Below are positions 37,345 through 48,580 of a DNA stretch of 64,000 nucleotides, in pieces (the stretch's first letter is position 1; the number at the start of each line of letters is the position of its first letter). Location of the stretch: the NCBI GenBank assembly GCA_964553245.1, contig CAZKJM010000002.1, forward strand, positions 5,878 to 69,877, given 5' to 3'. The notes below the pieces were generated by a model. It was not told the origin of the DNA and made no database searches. It saw only the letters and a list, made by a program, of their open reading frames with translations. Made by a program: the position numbers and the translations under genes. This DNA comes from an uncultured Gammaproteobacteria bacterium (GTDB lineage: Bacteria > Patescibacteriota > Microgenomatia > Levybacterales > UBA12049).

Positions 37345-38636
37345 ATAAAAGAGTAAAAAGAATTCAATTAGTATTAATAATTTTAATCGCTTTTTTAATT
37401 GGTTATTTTTTTGGAATTAATAAAATTGCTTTTGATTGGAAGAATTATTCTCCAAGCGTAAGTGTTGTTAGTAAAGAACCTCCTTCTAATCTTTCCAACG
37501 TTGATTTTTCTCAGTTTTGGCTAACATGGCAAAAGCTTGAAGCAACTTATTATGACAAAACTAAGCTTGATCCGCAAAAAATGGTTAATGCTGCAATATC
37601 GGGGATGGTTCAGTCTTTGGGTGATCCTTTTACGGTTTATCTTCCGCCTGTACAAAATGAAAACTTTAAACAAGGAATGGCAGGGCAATTTTCGGGAATC
37701 GGCGCAGAGCTTGGGATGAAAGATAAGGATATTATTGTAATCGCTCCGCTTGATGGAAGTCCTGCGCAAAAATCAGGAATTAAAGCAGGAGATAAAATTT
37801 TAAAAGTAGACAATAAATCTATTGTTGGTTGGACGACCTCACAAGCAGTAGAAGTAATTAGGGGGCAAAAGGGAACACAGGTAGTTTTAAACGTTATTCA
37901 TAAAGATGAAAAAGAAACTAAGGATATTAAAATTACAAGAGATATAATAACCGTAAAAAGCGTATACGGATGGGTAAAAAAAATAAAAGACGTAGATAAT
38001 ATAAGAATAGCAAAAGATTCTAAATCAAAGGGAATAGCTAAAACTCTTTCGGAAAATAATGAAATTGCGTATATAAGGTTATCGCAGTTTGGAGATAATA
38101 CAAATAAGGATTGGTCGGCGTTGGTTAGTGATTTAAGTCTTAAAATTAGTCAAGCCAATAATTTTAAAGGTATTGTTTTCGACTTAAGAAACAATCCGGG
38201 AGGATATTTAACGGATGCTGTATTTATTGCTTCGGAATTTTTAGGTCAGGGAAAAACAGTAGTTTCGGAAGAGGGAGGAACAATAGAAAAAAAGGTAATG
38301 AAGGTAGAAAGACGCGGATTATTTTTAGATAAACCCGTTATTGTTTTAATAAATGGAGGGAGTGCTTCTGCGTCTGAAATTGTTGCAGGAGCATTAAGAG
38401 ATAATAATAAAGTAAAATTGATCGGAGAAAAATCTTATGGCAAGGGGACAATCCAGCAAGCAGAGGATTTAGGAAATGGGGCAGGTTTGCACGTAACAAT
38501 TGCAAAATGGCTAACGCCTAATGAAGTATGGGTAAACGGGAAAGGATTGGAGCCCGATATGAAAGTTGAATTTGACAAAAACGAGCCGGAAATAGATACT
38601 CAACTTGAAAAAGCAATTGAAGAATTGTTAAAATAG
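37341..38636 (+). CDS. ctpA: S41 carboxyl-terminal processing protease
   Basis: LGDPFT.Y, GIGA, PDZ, DLRNNPGG, SASASEI, GKGTIQ. Confidence 0.93.
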   Translation: MNKRVKRIQLVLIILIAFLIGYFFGINKIAFDWKNYSPSVSVVSKEPPSNLSNVDFSQFWLTWQKLEATYYDKTKLDPQKMVNAAISGMVQSLGDPFTVYLPPVQNENFKQGMAGQFSGIGAELGMKDKDIIVIAPLDGSPAQKSGIKAGDKILKVDNKSIVGWTTSQAVEVIRGQKGTQVVLNVIHKDEKETKDIKITRDIITVKSVYGWVKKIKDVDNIRIAKDSKSKGIAKTLSENNEIAYIRLSQFGDNTNKDWSALVSDLSLKISQANNFKGIVFDLRNNPGGYLTDAVFIASEFLGQGKTVVSEEGGTIEKKVMKVERRGLFLDKPVIVLINGGSASASEIVAGALRDNNKVKLIGEKSYGKGTIQQAEDLGNGAGLHVTIAKWLTPNEVWVNGKGLEPDMKVEFDKNEPEIDTQLEKAIEELLK

Positions 38637-38655
38637 AAATCTACAAAAACTACCT

Positions 38656-39813
38656 ATGAGAAAGTTAATTATATTAGTAACTACATTAATACTATTTTTA
38701 ACAATATGGAGTTTTGCGGCAAACTATTTACCTAATGCTTCTGATTATTTTAAAAATTTAACAAATAAGAATAAATTAGAGTTAGAAGAAAAAGTAAAAG
38801 TCGTTACGGAAGAATCGGTAACAATAGATGTTGTCAAGAGAGTAAAGGCTTCGGTAGTAACAGTCGTTTTGGAAAAAGAAGAATCAATAGGAGGAGAAGA
38901 ACCTATGCAAATCGGACCATTCCGTATTTTTGGGTTTCAGGAAGAGGGGAATACAGAACCGCAAAATATAGGATCCGGTTTTGTTGTTTCAAAAGACGGG
39001 TTAGTTGTTACAAATAAGCATGTTGTTTCATCTGCTGGCAATTATTCAGTTATTACAGGATCTGAAAAAAAATATAAAGTTGAAAAAATATACAGAGATC
39101 CTTTAAATGATATTGCAATTTTAAAGATTGATCCAAGCCAAAATAAAACAGAAGCATTAATTCCGGTTGAATTTGGTGATTCTTCGAAGCTTGAAGTAGG
39201 TCAATTCGTTGTTGCAATGGGAACAGCATTGGGGGAGTTTAGGAATACGGTTACTACAGGTGTTATTTCCGGACTTGGTAGGGGAATTACTGCAGGGAAT
39301 GAATTTCAGGGTTTTGTTGAGAGATTAGATAACGTTATACAAACAGATGCAGCAATAAATTATGGAAATTCAGGCGGCCCGCTTTTAAATTCAAGCGGAC
39401 AGGTGATAGGAATCAACACTGCTATTGCTTCAGGAGGACAAAATATCGGCTTTGCATTGCCGATAAATATACTTAAAGAATCAATTAAGGCATTTAATGA
39501 AAGCGGACAATTCGAAAGAGCATATCTTGGCGTTTCTTATAAAATGATTACAAGAGAGCAAGCCTTGCTAAATGACGTTGTTCAAGGAGCTTATGTTCAA
39601 CTTGTCGTTAATAATTCCCCTGCGGAAAAAGCCGGTATTAAACAAGGAGATATTATTGTAAAAGTTGACAATAAAAAAATTGATGGAGAAAAAGATGAGC
39701 TAGCAACAATAATTGCATCTAAAAAAACGGGACAAGTTGTAATAATTACAGTTTGGAGACAAGGTAAAACTACTGACTTAAAAACAGTATTAACTTCTGC
39801 AGGGGAAGAATAA
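38656..39813 (+). CDS. htrA: HtrA/DegP-like serine protease with PDZ domain
   Basis: GSGF, TNKHVV, DIA, QTDAAINYGNSGGPL. Confidence 0.92.
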   Translation: MRKLIILVTTLILFLTIWSFAANYLPNASDYFKNLTNKNKLELEEKVKVVTEESVTIDVVKRVKASVVTVVLEKEESIGGEEPMQIGPFRIFGFQEEGNTEPQNIGSGFVVSKDGLVVTNKHVVSSAGNYSVITGSEKKYKVEKIYRDPLNDIAILKIDPSQNKTEALIPVEFGDSSKLEVGQFVVAMGTALGEFRNTVTTGVISGLGRGITAGNEFQGFVERLDNVIQTDAAINYGNSGGPLLNSSGQVIGINTAIASGGQNIGFALPINILKESIKAFNESGQFERAYLGVSYKMITREQALLNDVVQGAYVQLVVNNSPAEKAGIKQGDIIVKVDNKKIDGEKDELATIIASKKTGQVVIITVWRQGKTTDLKTVLTSAGEE

Positions 39814-39815
39814 AG

Positions 39816-40574
39816 CTATTTACTTTTTATTGTTTTTAGCGGAGTTCTTTTGCAATGATCATCTTCCAAATCGTGAACAAGCAGTACGGGATCAGCTTCT
39901 CCGTCTTTGCAAACGGCTATGCACGCTAATTTAGTATTTTTTTCTCCTAAGGCTATTGGAAAATCTACTGCAATACATTCTTTTGTAATTTTTCTTCCAT
40001 CAGATTCATTTTCTAAGATCGCCGGCGTTATTCTTGTTGCTCCGAGCTTATATAAATCAAAAAAAGCTTTATATGGATTAGGTTTTAAACCAAAATATCT
40101 TATCATTTCGCTTGCAGCATAGTATTTTGCCATATCGTATACTTGACCATATTGTCTTCTGAAATAAGGATCAGGTCTTCCATTTTCGACTGAGTTTTCG
40201 GTAAAATGATTTAATCCGTTTCTTACAATTTCTTCGGTTGATTCTTTTAATGCTATTGCCTTATTAATACGACCCATTTTTATTATTTTATCTTTTATTC
40301 TTGCGGATAGTACATCAACACTTCTTGTCCATGTGTATCCGTCTGTTGGTTTTTTTGCATTAATTATTGACGTTAATAATCCCTCTATTACAAAATGAAT
40401 TTCAGGAATTACTGCAATCAATTCATCGGGGGTTCTTATTTTAAAATATTTCCCCTTTGTTTCCCCGATGTCTTCCAGGGCTTTTCTTGTGGCAATTTCA
40501 CTTTTATTATCTAGGCTTAACAAGCCTTCCGGAATTGGAGCAGTTAATCTTGTTATGTTTCGTTCAGTCTTCAT
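39816..40574 (-). CDS. Hypothetical protein
   Basis: Long ORF (extends to GTG 40616; ATG 40574 likely); TTGACA upstream at 40635-40630. Confidence 0.65.
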   Translation of the reverse strand: MKTERNITRLTAPIPEGLLSLDNKSEIATRKALEDIGETKGKYFKIRTPDELIAVIPEIHFVIEGLLTSIINAKKPTDGYTWTRSVDVLSARIKDKIIKMGRINKAIALKESTEEIVRNGLNHFTENSVENGRPDPYFRRQYGQVYDMAKYYAASEMIRYFGLKPNPYKAFFDLYKLGATRITPAILENESDGRKITKECIAVDFPIALGEKNTKLACIAVCKDGEADPVLLVHDLEDDHCKRTPLKTIKSK

Positions 40575-40687
40575 CTTGGATGCTCTTCTAGTTAATAGAG
40601 GATTATGATATATCACAGCTTTACTTTATTGTCAAATGCGATTTGTAAATAATGGTTATTTATTGTTTATTGTTATAAAATAAAATA

Positions 40688-41641
40688 ATGAAAATAAGGC
40701 AAAACGTTTTACTCAAAAATTATTCAAATTACAAAATCGGAGGAATTGCAGATTACTTTCTAGAAGTCTCTTCAAAGACAGAATTAGTAGACGGTTTAAA
40801 AGAGTGGCAGAGTCTTTCTATGAATTTTCCAGCAGATAAAAAACGAATATTTATTTTGGCTGGTGGAGCAAACGTCTTGATAGACGATAACGGTTTTAAT
40901 GGATTAGTAATTCATAATGTTATTAAAGATATAAAGAATGAAGAGAATTTGGTAACTGTTGGATCAGGATTATTAATAAAAGATTTCTTAGAATTTTGTT
41001 TGAATAATTCACTAACCGGATTTGAATGGGCGGGTGGATTGCCTGGAACTATCGGTGGGGCAATAAGGGGTAATGCTGGGGCTTTTGGTGGAGAAACAAG
41101 AGACCTAATAGCAAAAGTTAAAAGCTTGGATTTAATTACTCTAGAAGAGCTCGAAAGAACAAAAGAAAATTGCAATTTTTCTTACAGAACAAGCATTTTT
41201 AAAGAGCAAAAAAATAACGAATTTATTTTGTCCGTAGTTTTTAACTTAAAAAAGGGAGATAAAGATAAAATAAAAAAATCTATACAGGAAAAAATTGAAT
41301 ACAGAAACTTAAAACACCCAATGAATTTTCCAAGTCTTGGAAGTACTTTTAAAAATATTTCTTTTAATTCATTAACACTGGAAAATCAGGAAAAATATAA
41401 AGACTTTATTAAAAATGACCCATTTCCGGTTTTACCAGTTGCAAAACTTTTGCATCTTGCAGGATTAAAGGGGAAAAGAGTAGGAGATGTACAGATTTCC
41501 GAAAAACATCCCAATTTTATTATAAATTTAGGTAATGCAAAATCGGAAGACGTAAGAAATGTTATAAAAATGATGAAAACTACGGTTAAAGAAAAATTTG
41601 GAATTAATATAGAAGAAGAAATAGTTTATTTAATTTCGTAA
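40688..41641 (+). CDS. murB: UDP-N-acetylenolpyruvoylglucosamine reductase
   Basis: KIGG.A, GGANVL, GLPGTIGGA..NAGAFG, FSYR.S, GSTFKN, KHPNFIIN. Confidence 0.95.
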   Translation: MKIRQNVLLKNYSNYKIGGIADYFLEVSSKTELVDGLKEWQSLSMNFPADKKRIFILAGGANVLIDDNGFNGLVIHNVIKDIKNEENLVTVGSGLLIKDFLEFCLNNSLTGFEWAGGLPGTIGGAIRGNAGAFGGETRDLIAKVKSLDLITLEELERTKENCNFSYRTSIFKEQKNNEFILSVVFNLKKGDKDKIKKSIQEKIEYRNLKHPMNFPSLGSTFKNISFNSLTLENQEKYKDFIKNDPFPVLPVAKLLHLAGLKGKRVGDVQISEKHPNFIINLGNAKSEDVRNVIKMMKTTVKEKFGINIEEEIVYLIS

Positions 41642-42675
41642 TCCTTGTATAGGTTTTTTGCAAACTCATCTAAAATTCTTATTAATTTTTCATCTTTTGA
41701 ATGGATGCTAATTTCTTGAGTACCTACCCAGACAGTCGTTTTAACGAAATTGTGTGATCCGAAAATTACTTCCTTTTTATCAACTTCTAATAATTTTGCG
41801 TGTACTTTTTTGGAACAGTGAACAAGTTTAATGTAAGGATTATATTTTATTTTAGATCGCAACCTTTTATACAAGGGCGTATAGGGAAATTTTGTAAAAA
41901 CTTTATGTTCACGGTGTGATGTTATAATTATAACATTCACTCTTTCTTTTGCCTTTTGAACAAGTTTTTTTAAAAGTATTCCGTCCGGAACATATTGTGA
42001 AACAAAAACAATTTCTTTTTTCGCTCTTTCAACCATTTTTACGGCGTGGTTATAAATAATAGATTTGTTATATCGACCGTTATCAATTAAAAGCCTGTAA
42101 TTATCATCAACATCGAAAAGATAATTTTTAGTCTCTTTTTTACTTAATTGCGGAAATTGTTTCGATATAGAATCTATTAATTTTTGGTGTTTAAACTTAA
42201 TCATGAAGTCAATATTGTCAAACGCGGCATCGGTTAAGTTTATTCCACCTGTCCAAAATAAATTGTCGACTATAAAGATTTTTGCGTGGCTTCTTTTTAA
42301 AAATGGAACAATGTGACCATTTACTCCGGGCTGATTAGCAAGTATTACTTTAATACCGGCTTCTTCTAATTTTTCAAGTATTTTTTCGCTTCTCCTAGTA
42401 AGTACTTTTAACTCCTCACGATTTTTGCTTCTTATTGGCAGTATTGGCATAAGATGAATTTTTTCTTTAATGTGTCTTCTGGTGGACCAGTCGATTACAA
42501 CTCTTACATCAATTCCTTTTTTTACCGCCTTTATTAATGCTTCTTCAAAAATTTTTGTTTTATTTCCAACTTCAAAATACATTGTTTGAATCCAAACTCT
42601 TTTTTTTGCTTTAGCTACTTCTTTTATAAAATCTTTAATAAATTTATTTGGGTCTTGTAGTTCGAATTTTCTCAT
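41626..42675 (-). CDS. Phospholipase D family (cardiolipin-synthase-like) protein
   Basis: Two HKD motifs: HAKIFIVD..WTGGIN and HAKLLEVD..GSHN. Confidence 0.85.
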   Translation of the reverse strand: MRKFELQDPNKFIKDFIKEVAKAKKRVWIQTMYFEVGNKTKIFEEALIKAVKKGIDVRVVIDWSTRRHIKEKIHLMPILPIRSKNREELKVLTRRSEKILEKLEEAGIKVILANQPGVNGHIVPFLKRSHAKIFIVDNLFWTGGINLTDAAFDNIDFMIKFKHQKLIDSISKQFPQLSKKETKNYLFDVDDNYRLLIDNGRYNKSIIYNHAVKMVERAKKEIVFVSQYVPDGILLKKLVQKAKERVNVIIITSHREHKVFTKFPYTPLYKRLRSKIKYNPYIKLVHCSKKVHAKLLEVDKKEVIFGSHNFVKTTVWVGTQEISIHSKDEKLIRILDEFAKNLYKDYEIK

Positions 42676-42763
42676 AAGCTACGAGTATATCAGCTTAAAA
42701 AAATAAAGTAAAGAAAGCTAAGGTTTATTGACTAAAGATTAAGAATAATTGTATAAATAATTA

Positions 42764-44455
42764 ATGGGCAATATTTTTTTTGATATAACAATAATTATTT
42801 GCTTAGCAGCATTTTTATCTTTATTTTTTAAGTTTTTAAGGCAACCGGAAATTTTAGCTTATATTTTAACAGGAGTATTAATTGGTCCATTAGGGTTTTT
42901 TCAATTATCTAACCAAGATACTCTTCATACAATGTCACAATTTGGAATAACACTTCTTCTTTTTATGATTGGCTTGGAAATTAGAGTATCGGATCTTTTT
43001 CAGATAGGAAAAAATGTTTTACTTGCAGCTTTGGGACAAATTCTATTTACCTTTAGTGCAGGGTATTTAATATCGTGTCTTTTTAATTATTCTTTACTTA
43101 ATTCACTGTATATCGCAATCGCTTTAACGTTCTCAAGTACAGTTATTATCGTTAAGCTTTTATCGGACAAAAAAGATATGCATAGTTTATATGGAAAAAT
43201 TTCTTTAATTATTCTATTGGCACAAGATCTTTTGGCAATAATATTTTTAATGCTTTTAACTAGCTTTAATCCAAACACAGGCGGTTTTCAATCTAGTCTA
43301 GAAACATTAATGGTTTTTGTTAAAGCAGGGGTTCTTTTTGCAATAGTAATTTATTTAAGTAAAAACGTTTTTCCAAAGCTAGTTGAAGCAGTTGCTAAAT
43401 CATCGGAAATATTATTTTTAGTTAGCATTGCATGGGTTTTTGGATTTGCAGCATTTGTGAGTTCTCCCTTTATTGGTTTTTCTATAGAAATTGGTGGTTT
43501 TTTAGCTGGGCTTGCTTTGGCAAATTCCATCGCGAATTATCAGATTATTGCAAAAGCTAAAATTTTAAGAGATTTTTTTATTGTAATGTTTTTTGTTTTG
43601 TTGGGATTTCAAATGAGTTTTGAAAATATTCAGAACATTATTTTTCCCGCAATTATACTATCGATATTTGTAATAGTTTTAAAACCATTAATAACAATGT
43701 TTGTTTTAGGAGGTCTTGGGTACAGAAAAAGAACGTCATTTTTATCAGGAATTTCCCTATCGCAAGTTTCGGAATTTTCTTTAGTTATAGTTTTTATGGG
43801 TCAAAAACTTGGACACATTGGAAAAGATATCGTTTCTTTAATTACTCTTGTTGGAATGGTGAGTTTTATAACTTCGGCATATTTAATAATTAAAGGAAGC
43901 AAGCTATATTTGGCAATAGGGCATTGGTTTAATTTTTTAGAAAGAAAACATACCGGCAATGAACAAATAGTTATCGCAAAAGACGGTTTTGATGATTTAA
44001 AAGATCATGTCGTAATAATAGGTGGTGATCAAATGGGGCAGAGTATTCTAGATGCTTTAGAGGAAAAAGATGCAGAAGTTGTAATAATAGACTTTGATCC
44101 GTCTGTTGTTAAAAAGCTAGAGCATAAAAACGTCCATAAATTATTTGGCGACATTTCTGATTTAGATATTCAGGAAAGGGCAAAGTTGGACAGTGCAAGA
44201 TTAGTTATTTCCACAATTCCTGATGTTGAAGATAATTTAATTTTATTAAAAGAATTGCAGCACGAAAACAGAAAAGCAAAGGTAGTTGTTATGGCGCTTG
44301 ATTCACATGATGCAAAACTTTTATATCATTTGGGAGCAGATTATGTAATTTTGCCACACTTGGCCGGGGGAAGACAGATTGCAAAATTGATTAAAGAAAA
44401 TAAATTGGACGAAATAAATTCTTTAAAGCTTAATGATTGGATTTACATTAATTAA
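42764..44455 (+). CDS. CPA2 cation:proton antiporter with TrkA-N domain (KefB/KefC-like)
   Basis: [28 protein letters not shown]; C-terminal Rossmann HVVIIGG..MG, FGD. Confidence 0.9.
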   Translation: MGNIFFDITIIICLAAFLSLFFKFLRQPEILAYILTGVLIGPLGFFQLSNQDTLHTMSQFGITLLLFMIGLEIRVSDLFQIGKNVLLAALGQILFTFSAGYLISCLFNYSLLNSLYIAIALTFSSTVIIVKLLSDKKDMHSLYGKISLIILLAQDLLAIIFLMLLTSFNPNTGGFQSSLETLMVFVKAGVLFAIVIYLSKNVFPKLVEAVAKSSEILFLVSIAWVFGFAAFVSSPFIGFSIEIGGFLAGLALANSIANYQIIAKAKILRDFFIVMFFVLLGFQMSFENIQNIIFPAIILSIFVIVLKPLITMFVLGGLGYRKRTSFLSGISLSQVSEFSLVIVFMGQKLGHIGKDIVSLITLVGMVSFITSAYLIIKGSKLYLAIGHWFNFLERKHTGNEQIVIAKDGFDDLKDHVVIIGGDQMGQSILDALEEKDAEVVIIDFDPSVVKKLEHKNVHKLFGDISDLDIQERAKLDSARLVISTIPDVEDNLILLKELQHENRKAKVVVMALDSHDAKLLYHLGADYVILPHLAGGRQIAKLIKENKLDEINSLKLNDWIYIN

Positions 44456-45365
44456 CTTGAATTTCTTGTAATTCTAAGGCATTTTTTGTTTCTTGATAAA
44501 CTTCTTCTAAATTACCATCCATTAGCGATGGGAGATTGTGCCAACTTTTATTTATTCTATGATCTGTCAGTCTATCTTGTGGAAAATTATAAGTTTTAAT
44601 TTTTTCAGCCCGCATACCTCGCCCAACTTGAGTAGATCTAATTGACGAAATTTCACTTTGTTGTTTTTCAACTTCCATTTCCCAAAGTTTTGCCCTTAAC
44701 ATTTCCATTGCCAGCTCTCTGTTCTGCGCCTGAAACCTTTGCGTTTGACAAGTAACCACAATTCCAGTAGGCTGGTGTATGAGTCTTACTGCAGTAGAAA
44801 CTTTGTTAACGTTTTGACCGCCGTGTCCTCCCGCTCTAAATGCTTCAAAAATAATGTCGTCAGGCGATATATGCAAGTCAATATCTTCAAGCTCCGGAAG
44901 AATGGAAACAGTTGCCGTAGAAGTATGAATTCTTCCCCGTTTTTCTGTAATTGGTATTCTTTGAACCCTATGGACGCCTGCCTCATATTTAAAAATTTCA
45001 AAAGCTCCGCCTGTTGACGAGTTTCCGTCTATTTTTATGACATTTTCGTCTAATTGTTCGACTTTAAAGCCCTTAATTTGTGCAAAACGAGTGTACATTC
45101 TTAATAATTCTTCGGACCAAAGTTTTGCTTCTTCTCCTCCGGCTGCGCCTTTTAGCTCCAAAATAACATTTCTCTGATTAAAATCATCATTATTTTCTTC
45201 TCTTTTTACCATATTAAGACTAAGCTCTAATGCTTCTTTTTGTTTTTCAAGTTCTTTTATTTCCTCTTTTGCTAAGTCAGAAAATTCCGGATTTTCCAAA
45301 AGAGGTTTCGTTTCTTCAATTTTTCTTGAAATTTCCTCAAGCTGTATTAGTCTATAGTCTTCCAT
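44448..45365 (-). CDS. prfA: Peptide chain release factor 1 (short N-domain)
   Basis: [16 protein letters not shown] (PxT), [19 protein letters not shown]; next to rpmE. Confidence 0.93.
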   Translation of the reverse strand: MEDYRLIQLEEISRKIEETKPLLENPEFSDLAKEEIKELEKQKEALELSLNMVKREENNDDFNQRNVILELKGAAGGEEAKLWSEELLRMYTRFAQIKGFKVEQLDENVIKIDGNSSTGGAFEIFKYEAGVHRVQRIPITEKRGRIHTSTATVSILPELEDIDLHISPDDIIFEAFRAGGHGGQNVNKVSTAVRLIHQPTGIVVTCQTQRFQAQNRELAMEMLRAKLWEMEVEKQQSEISSIRSTQVGRGMRAEKIKTYNFPQDRLTDHRINKSWHNLPSLMDGNLEEVYQETKNALELQEIQVN

Positions 45366-45398
45366 AGTGGGATTGGTTTGGTTTATTTAATAGACGAT

Positions 45399-45698
45399 CT
45401 ATTTTAAACCCATTAACATTTCTCGAAGAGTTTTTGGAGCATTATCCGCTTTTGTTTTTTCTTCCTTTTTCTTTACGATTTTACTTTGGATATCCTGAGC
45501 TTTTTTTTGTTTGTTTGCAAATTTTTGGATTCTGGAAGCAGAATCAACAAATCTTTGCTCACCTGTATAAAAAGGATGACATTTATCACAAAGCTCTACA
45601 TGAATGATTTCCTGCGTAGAGCCGGTTGTAAATCTATTTCCGCATACGCAAATAACCTGCGCATTTTCAAAATATTGTGGATGAATTGCTTGTTTCAC
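45399..45698 (-). CDS. rpmE: 50S ribosomal protein L31
   Basis: IHP.Y, C.CGN, C..CHPFYTG. Confidence 0.95.
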   Translation of the reverse strand: MKQAIHPQYFENAQVICVCGNRFTTGSTQEIIHVELCDKCHPFYTGEQRFVDSASRIQKFANKQKKAQDIQSKIVKKKEEKTKADNAPKTLREMLMGLK

Positions 45699-45851
45699 AA
45701 ATGTTATTATATCTAAATTTTGATCTTAATGCAAGGCAAATGCAATGCATTTATTTAATGTTAACCATTAATTGAATTTTTATTAAATTAATAATCATTT
45801 TCTGCTTTTTATTCTTGAAAGTTTTTTATCAATGTTTTAAAATACTGAACA

Positions 45852-46319
45852 ATGAAAGAAAAATTTTTAAACGTTTTTAGGAGAAAGCCAGATAAAGCAT
45901 CTAAGATAAATTGCGAAATTGCATTAGGAGAGATAAGACATTATTTAGAAAAAAATCCAAAAGCTTGCATTGCCGTTTATGATGATGCTCAAGAAAGATT
46001 CTACATAAAACACTTACGAGCGTTGCAAGAAGAAATGAGTAAAATTTCGCTGGAAGATAAAGATCAAATAACAATAAAGAAATCAGAAATTGAAACGGCT
46101 AAAAATACTTTAGGGCATATTTCGGAAACGAAAAGAAGAATGAAGATACAAGATCCATGTTATGGAAAATTTTTAGAAGAAGCATCAGGTTTACTAGATG
46201 AATTTGAAAATTCGTGTTTAAAAAGACTTTCGGAAAGGTACGGTATCTTACCTGCGATGGCAAATTTTTGTTCGCAGGTTCAAATTCTTGCCAGCGAAGT
46301 TAGTTCGTCAAGGAGTTGA
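45852..46319 (+). CDS. Hypothetical protein
   Basis: 155-aa ORF whose 3' end overlaps the hisS 3' end. Confidence 0.55.
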   Translation: MKEKFLNVFRRKPDKASKINCEIALGEIRHYLEKNPKACIAVYDDAQERFYIKHLRALQEEMSKISLEDKDQITIKKSEIETAKNTLGHISETKRRMKIQDPCYGKFLEEASGLLDEFENSCLKRLSERYGILPAMANFCSQVQILASEVSSSRS

Positions 46320-47488
46320 TTAGGGGATAATTCTTCCTGGGTTCGTTTTTGCATATTTTTGAGAATTAGTTTTTCTCCGACAATTATTACGTAGGGAATG
46401 GCTTCATTATTAGCATATTTTAATTGTTTTTCCAAATCTAAATTATTTCCTAAATAAACCTCGGTGTTAATTTTTTTATCTCTTAACTGTCGGGCAATTT
46501 TTAAAGATTGTTCAGTATTTTCCAAAGAGGGGATAGTCACTAAAACTTTAGTCGTTTGCAGGTTATTTGGAAAAAGATTTAATTCTTCCATTGCTTCTAT
46601 TAGCCTATCGAATCCAAAAGCAAATCCGACTGCGGGAATTTGCTTATTTGTAAACATCCCAATTAAATTATCGTATCTTCCTCCGCCAGCTACCATACCA
46701 CTAGAATATTCATCAATTTCAATTTCAAAAATTAAGCCAGTATAATAGTCAAGTCCTCTTGCAAGAATCGGTATGAACTCTACATTTTTTCCTTTTAATA
46801 TTTTTAATAATTCTTCCATTTCTTTCGTTGGTTTTTTGCTTTCAATTTTGCTTAATATTTCTTCAGCTTCTTTTTTTGAAAAACCGTTTTTTTCAATTTC
46901 TTTTAAAACATTTTCTTTTCCGATTTTTTTAATTTTATCTATAGCTCTAATAACACTTGCTAGCTTTTCGTCTGTTACTTCTAGATCAGTAAATACGCTT
47001 CTTGTATTAATTAGAATTTTAAAATTCTTAAATCCTAATTTTTTAAAACAATCTGTTGCAAGAGAAATTATTTCTGCATCGGAAAGGGAGGAATTAGTTC
47101 CAACAATATCTGCGTCAACTTGTAAAAATTCCCTGTATCTTCCCTTTTGTGTGTTTTCTGCGCGCCAGACATTTTGAATCTGATAACGCTTAAAAGGAAA
47201 TTTAATTTCGTTTTGATACTGTGCAACAACGCGGGCAAGAGGAACCGTTTGATCGTAACGAAGAGCTACTTTTCTCTTTCCATTATCTTCAAATTTGTAC
47301 ATTAGTTTTTCTCCTTCTTCGCCGTACTTTCCTGTTAAAATTTCTTCGTATTCAAGACTTGGTGTTTCAAGCGGCTTAAAACCATAAGATTCAAACACCT
47401 CTTTTAAGATGTTTAAAACATATTGTCTTTTTTTTGCTGTTTTTGGCAAAAAATCGCGAAATCCTTTTAGGGTCTTAGGCTCAATCAT
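46280..47488 (-). CDS. hisS: Histidine--tRNA ligase
   Basis: KGFRDF, LRYDQT, WRAE..Q.GRYREF.Q, RGLDYYTG, GGGRYD; start ATG 47488. Confidence 0.96.
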   Translation of the reverse strand: MIEPKTLKGFRDFLPKTAKKRQYVLNILKEVFESYGFKPLETPSLEYEEILTGKYGEEGEKLMYKFEDNGKRKVALRYDQTVPLARVVAQYQNEIKFPFKRYQIQNVWRAENTQKGRYREFLQVDADIVGTNSSLSDAEIISLATDCFKKLGFKNFKILINTRSVFTDLEVTDEKLASVIRAIDKIKKIGKENVLKEIEKNGFSKKEAEEILSKIESKKPTKEMEELLKILKGKNVEFIPILARGLDYYTGLIFEIEIDEYSSGMVAGGGRYDNLIGMFTNKQIPAVGFAFGFDRLIEAMEELNLFPNNLQTTKVLVTIPSLENTEQSLKIARQLRDKKINTEVYLGNNLDLEKQLKYANNEAIPYVIIVGEKLILKNMQKRTQEELSPNQLLDELTSLARI

Positions 47489-47520
47489 AATATTTATATG
47501 ATACCACAAAAGAAGCGAAT

Positions 47521-48531
47521 TTACTGGCGTTTTTCTTTGGGAATTTTATAAAGATGCCCGAGTTCTCTTATGATTATGCTTATTATGCTGATTACGGGAA
47601 TTGCAAATATTGCGCCTGTTGCGCCTGCGATTTTAAACCCTACAAGAAAAGATAAAAGAACAATTACGGGATGAATTCTAAATGTTTTTCCTAAAAGTTT
47701 TGGACCCCAAATATTATAAATCAATTGCTGGATTACAAGAATAAGAATTAAGATAATTATGGTTTTTGCCGGATCTTCAACAAGGCTTATAAAAACCGGT
47801 GGGATTAAAGCAAAATATGGTCCTATTACTGGAATTGCACCAAAAAAGCCTGCCAGTAACCCAACAGATGCTGCAAAATCAATTCCAAGTATTCTTAAAA
47901 CAAGCCATGTTGCGATTCCGTTTACTACTCCAAAAAGCAGTTGGACCTGAATAAAAGAAGAGAATGTTTGATTCGTTATTCTTCGGATATGTCTTAAATC
48001 CTCATGCCACTTATCGGGAACAAGATCAATTATTTCTTTCGAAATTTTTTCCTTGTCGATAATAAAATAAAAAGAGAGTATAAGAATTATTACTATCGAA
48101 AACAAAAAGTTAGCAACGGATGGAATATAAGAAATATAGTTATATAAGGAGCTTAGTAAATTATCGTTCCATTTTTTAACAAAATCCGGTGAAGTTTCTA
48201 GGTATTTTGGCAACATTAAAGAAAGCGTTTCGAATTGTTTGCTTACAACAGGTATAAAAAGAATAATAACTATCGTTAAAAGAAGTGCTGTAAAAAGGTA
48301 GGTAATTATCGTTGATAAAGTTAATGATAATTTTGTAAAACTGTTTATTTTTTTTGCAATCGGTTCGAGTATGAAACTTATTAGCCAGGAAAGAATTAAT
48401 ATTATAATAATATCTGAAAAATTTCCGAGTATTTTCCAGACGAAAGTTAAAAGATACATTCCAACAGCTAGTGTTAAAAGTATAGAGAGAAGCTTAATTG
48501 AAGATAATTCCTTTTTTATTTCATCAAACAT
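47521..48531 (-). CDS. AI-2E family transporter
   Basis: Multi-TM; IP.IGP, QQL..N..GPK..G....HP, G..GA.FAIP. Confidence 0.88.
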   Translation of the reverse strand: MFDEIKKELSSIKLLSILLTLAVGMYLLTFVWKILGNFSDIIIILILSWLISFILEPIAKKINSFTKLSLTLSTIITYLFTALLLTIVIILFIPVVSKQFETLSLMLPKYLETSPDFVKKWNDNLLSSLYNYISYIPSVANFLFSIVIILILSFYFIIDKEKISKEIIDLVPDKWHEDLRHIRRITNQTFSSFIQVQLLFGVVNGIATWLVLRILGIDFAASVGLLAGFFGAIPVIGPYFALIPPVFISLVEDPAKTIIILILILVIQQLIYNIWGPKLLGKTFRIHPVIVLLSFLVGFKIAGATGAIFAIPVISIISIIIRELGHLYKIPKEKRQ

Positions 48532-48580
48532 ATCTACAAATTTATTATATAGGAATTTTTAGTTTTGCAAAAGAAGAAAT

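Noticed and set aside
44448-45365. prfB with programmed frameshift
   Set aside because: The PxT motif and rpmE linkage indicate RF1, and the ORF is uninterrupted.
29787-47488. Alternative genetic code (TGA recoded, as in Gracilibacteria)
   Set aside because: Conserved genes are intact in code 11, and TGA ends genes at expected lengths (CapA 30881, hisS 46280).
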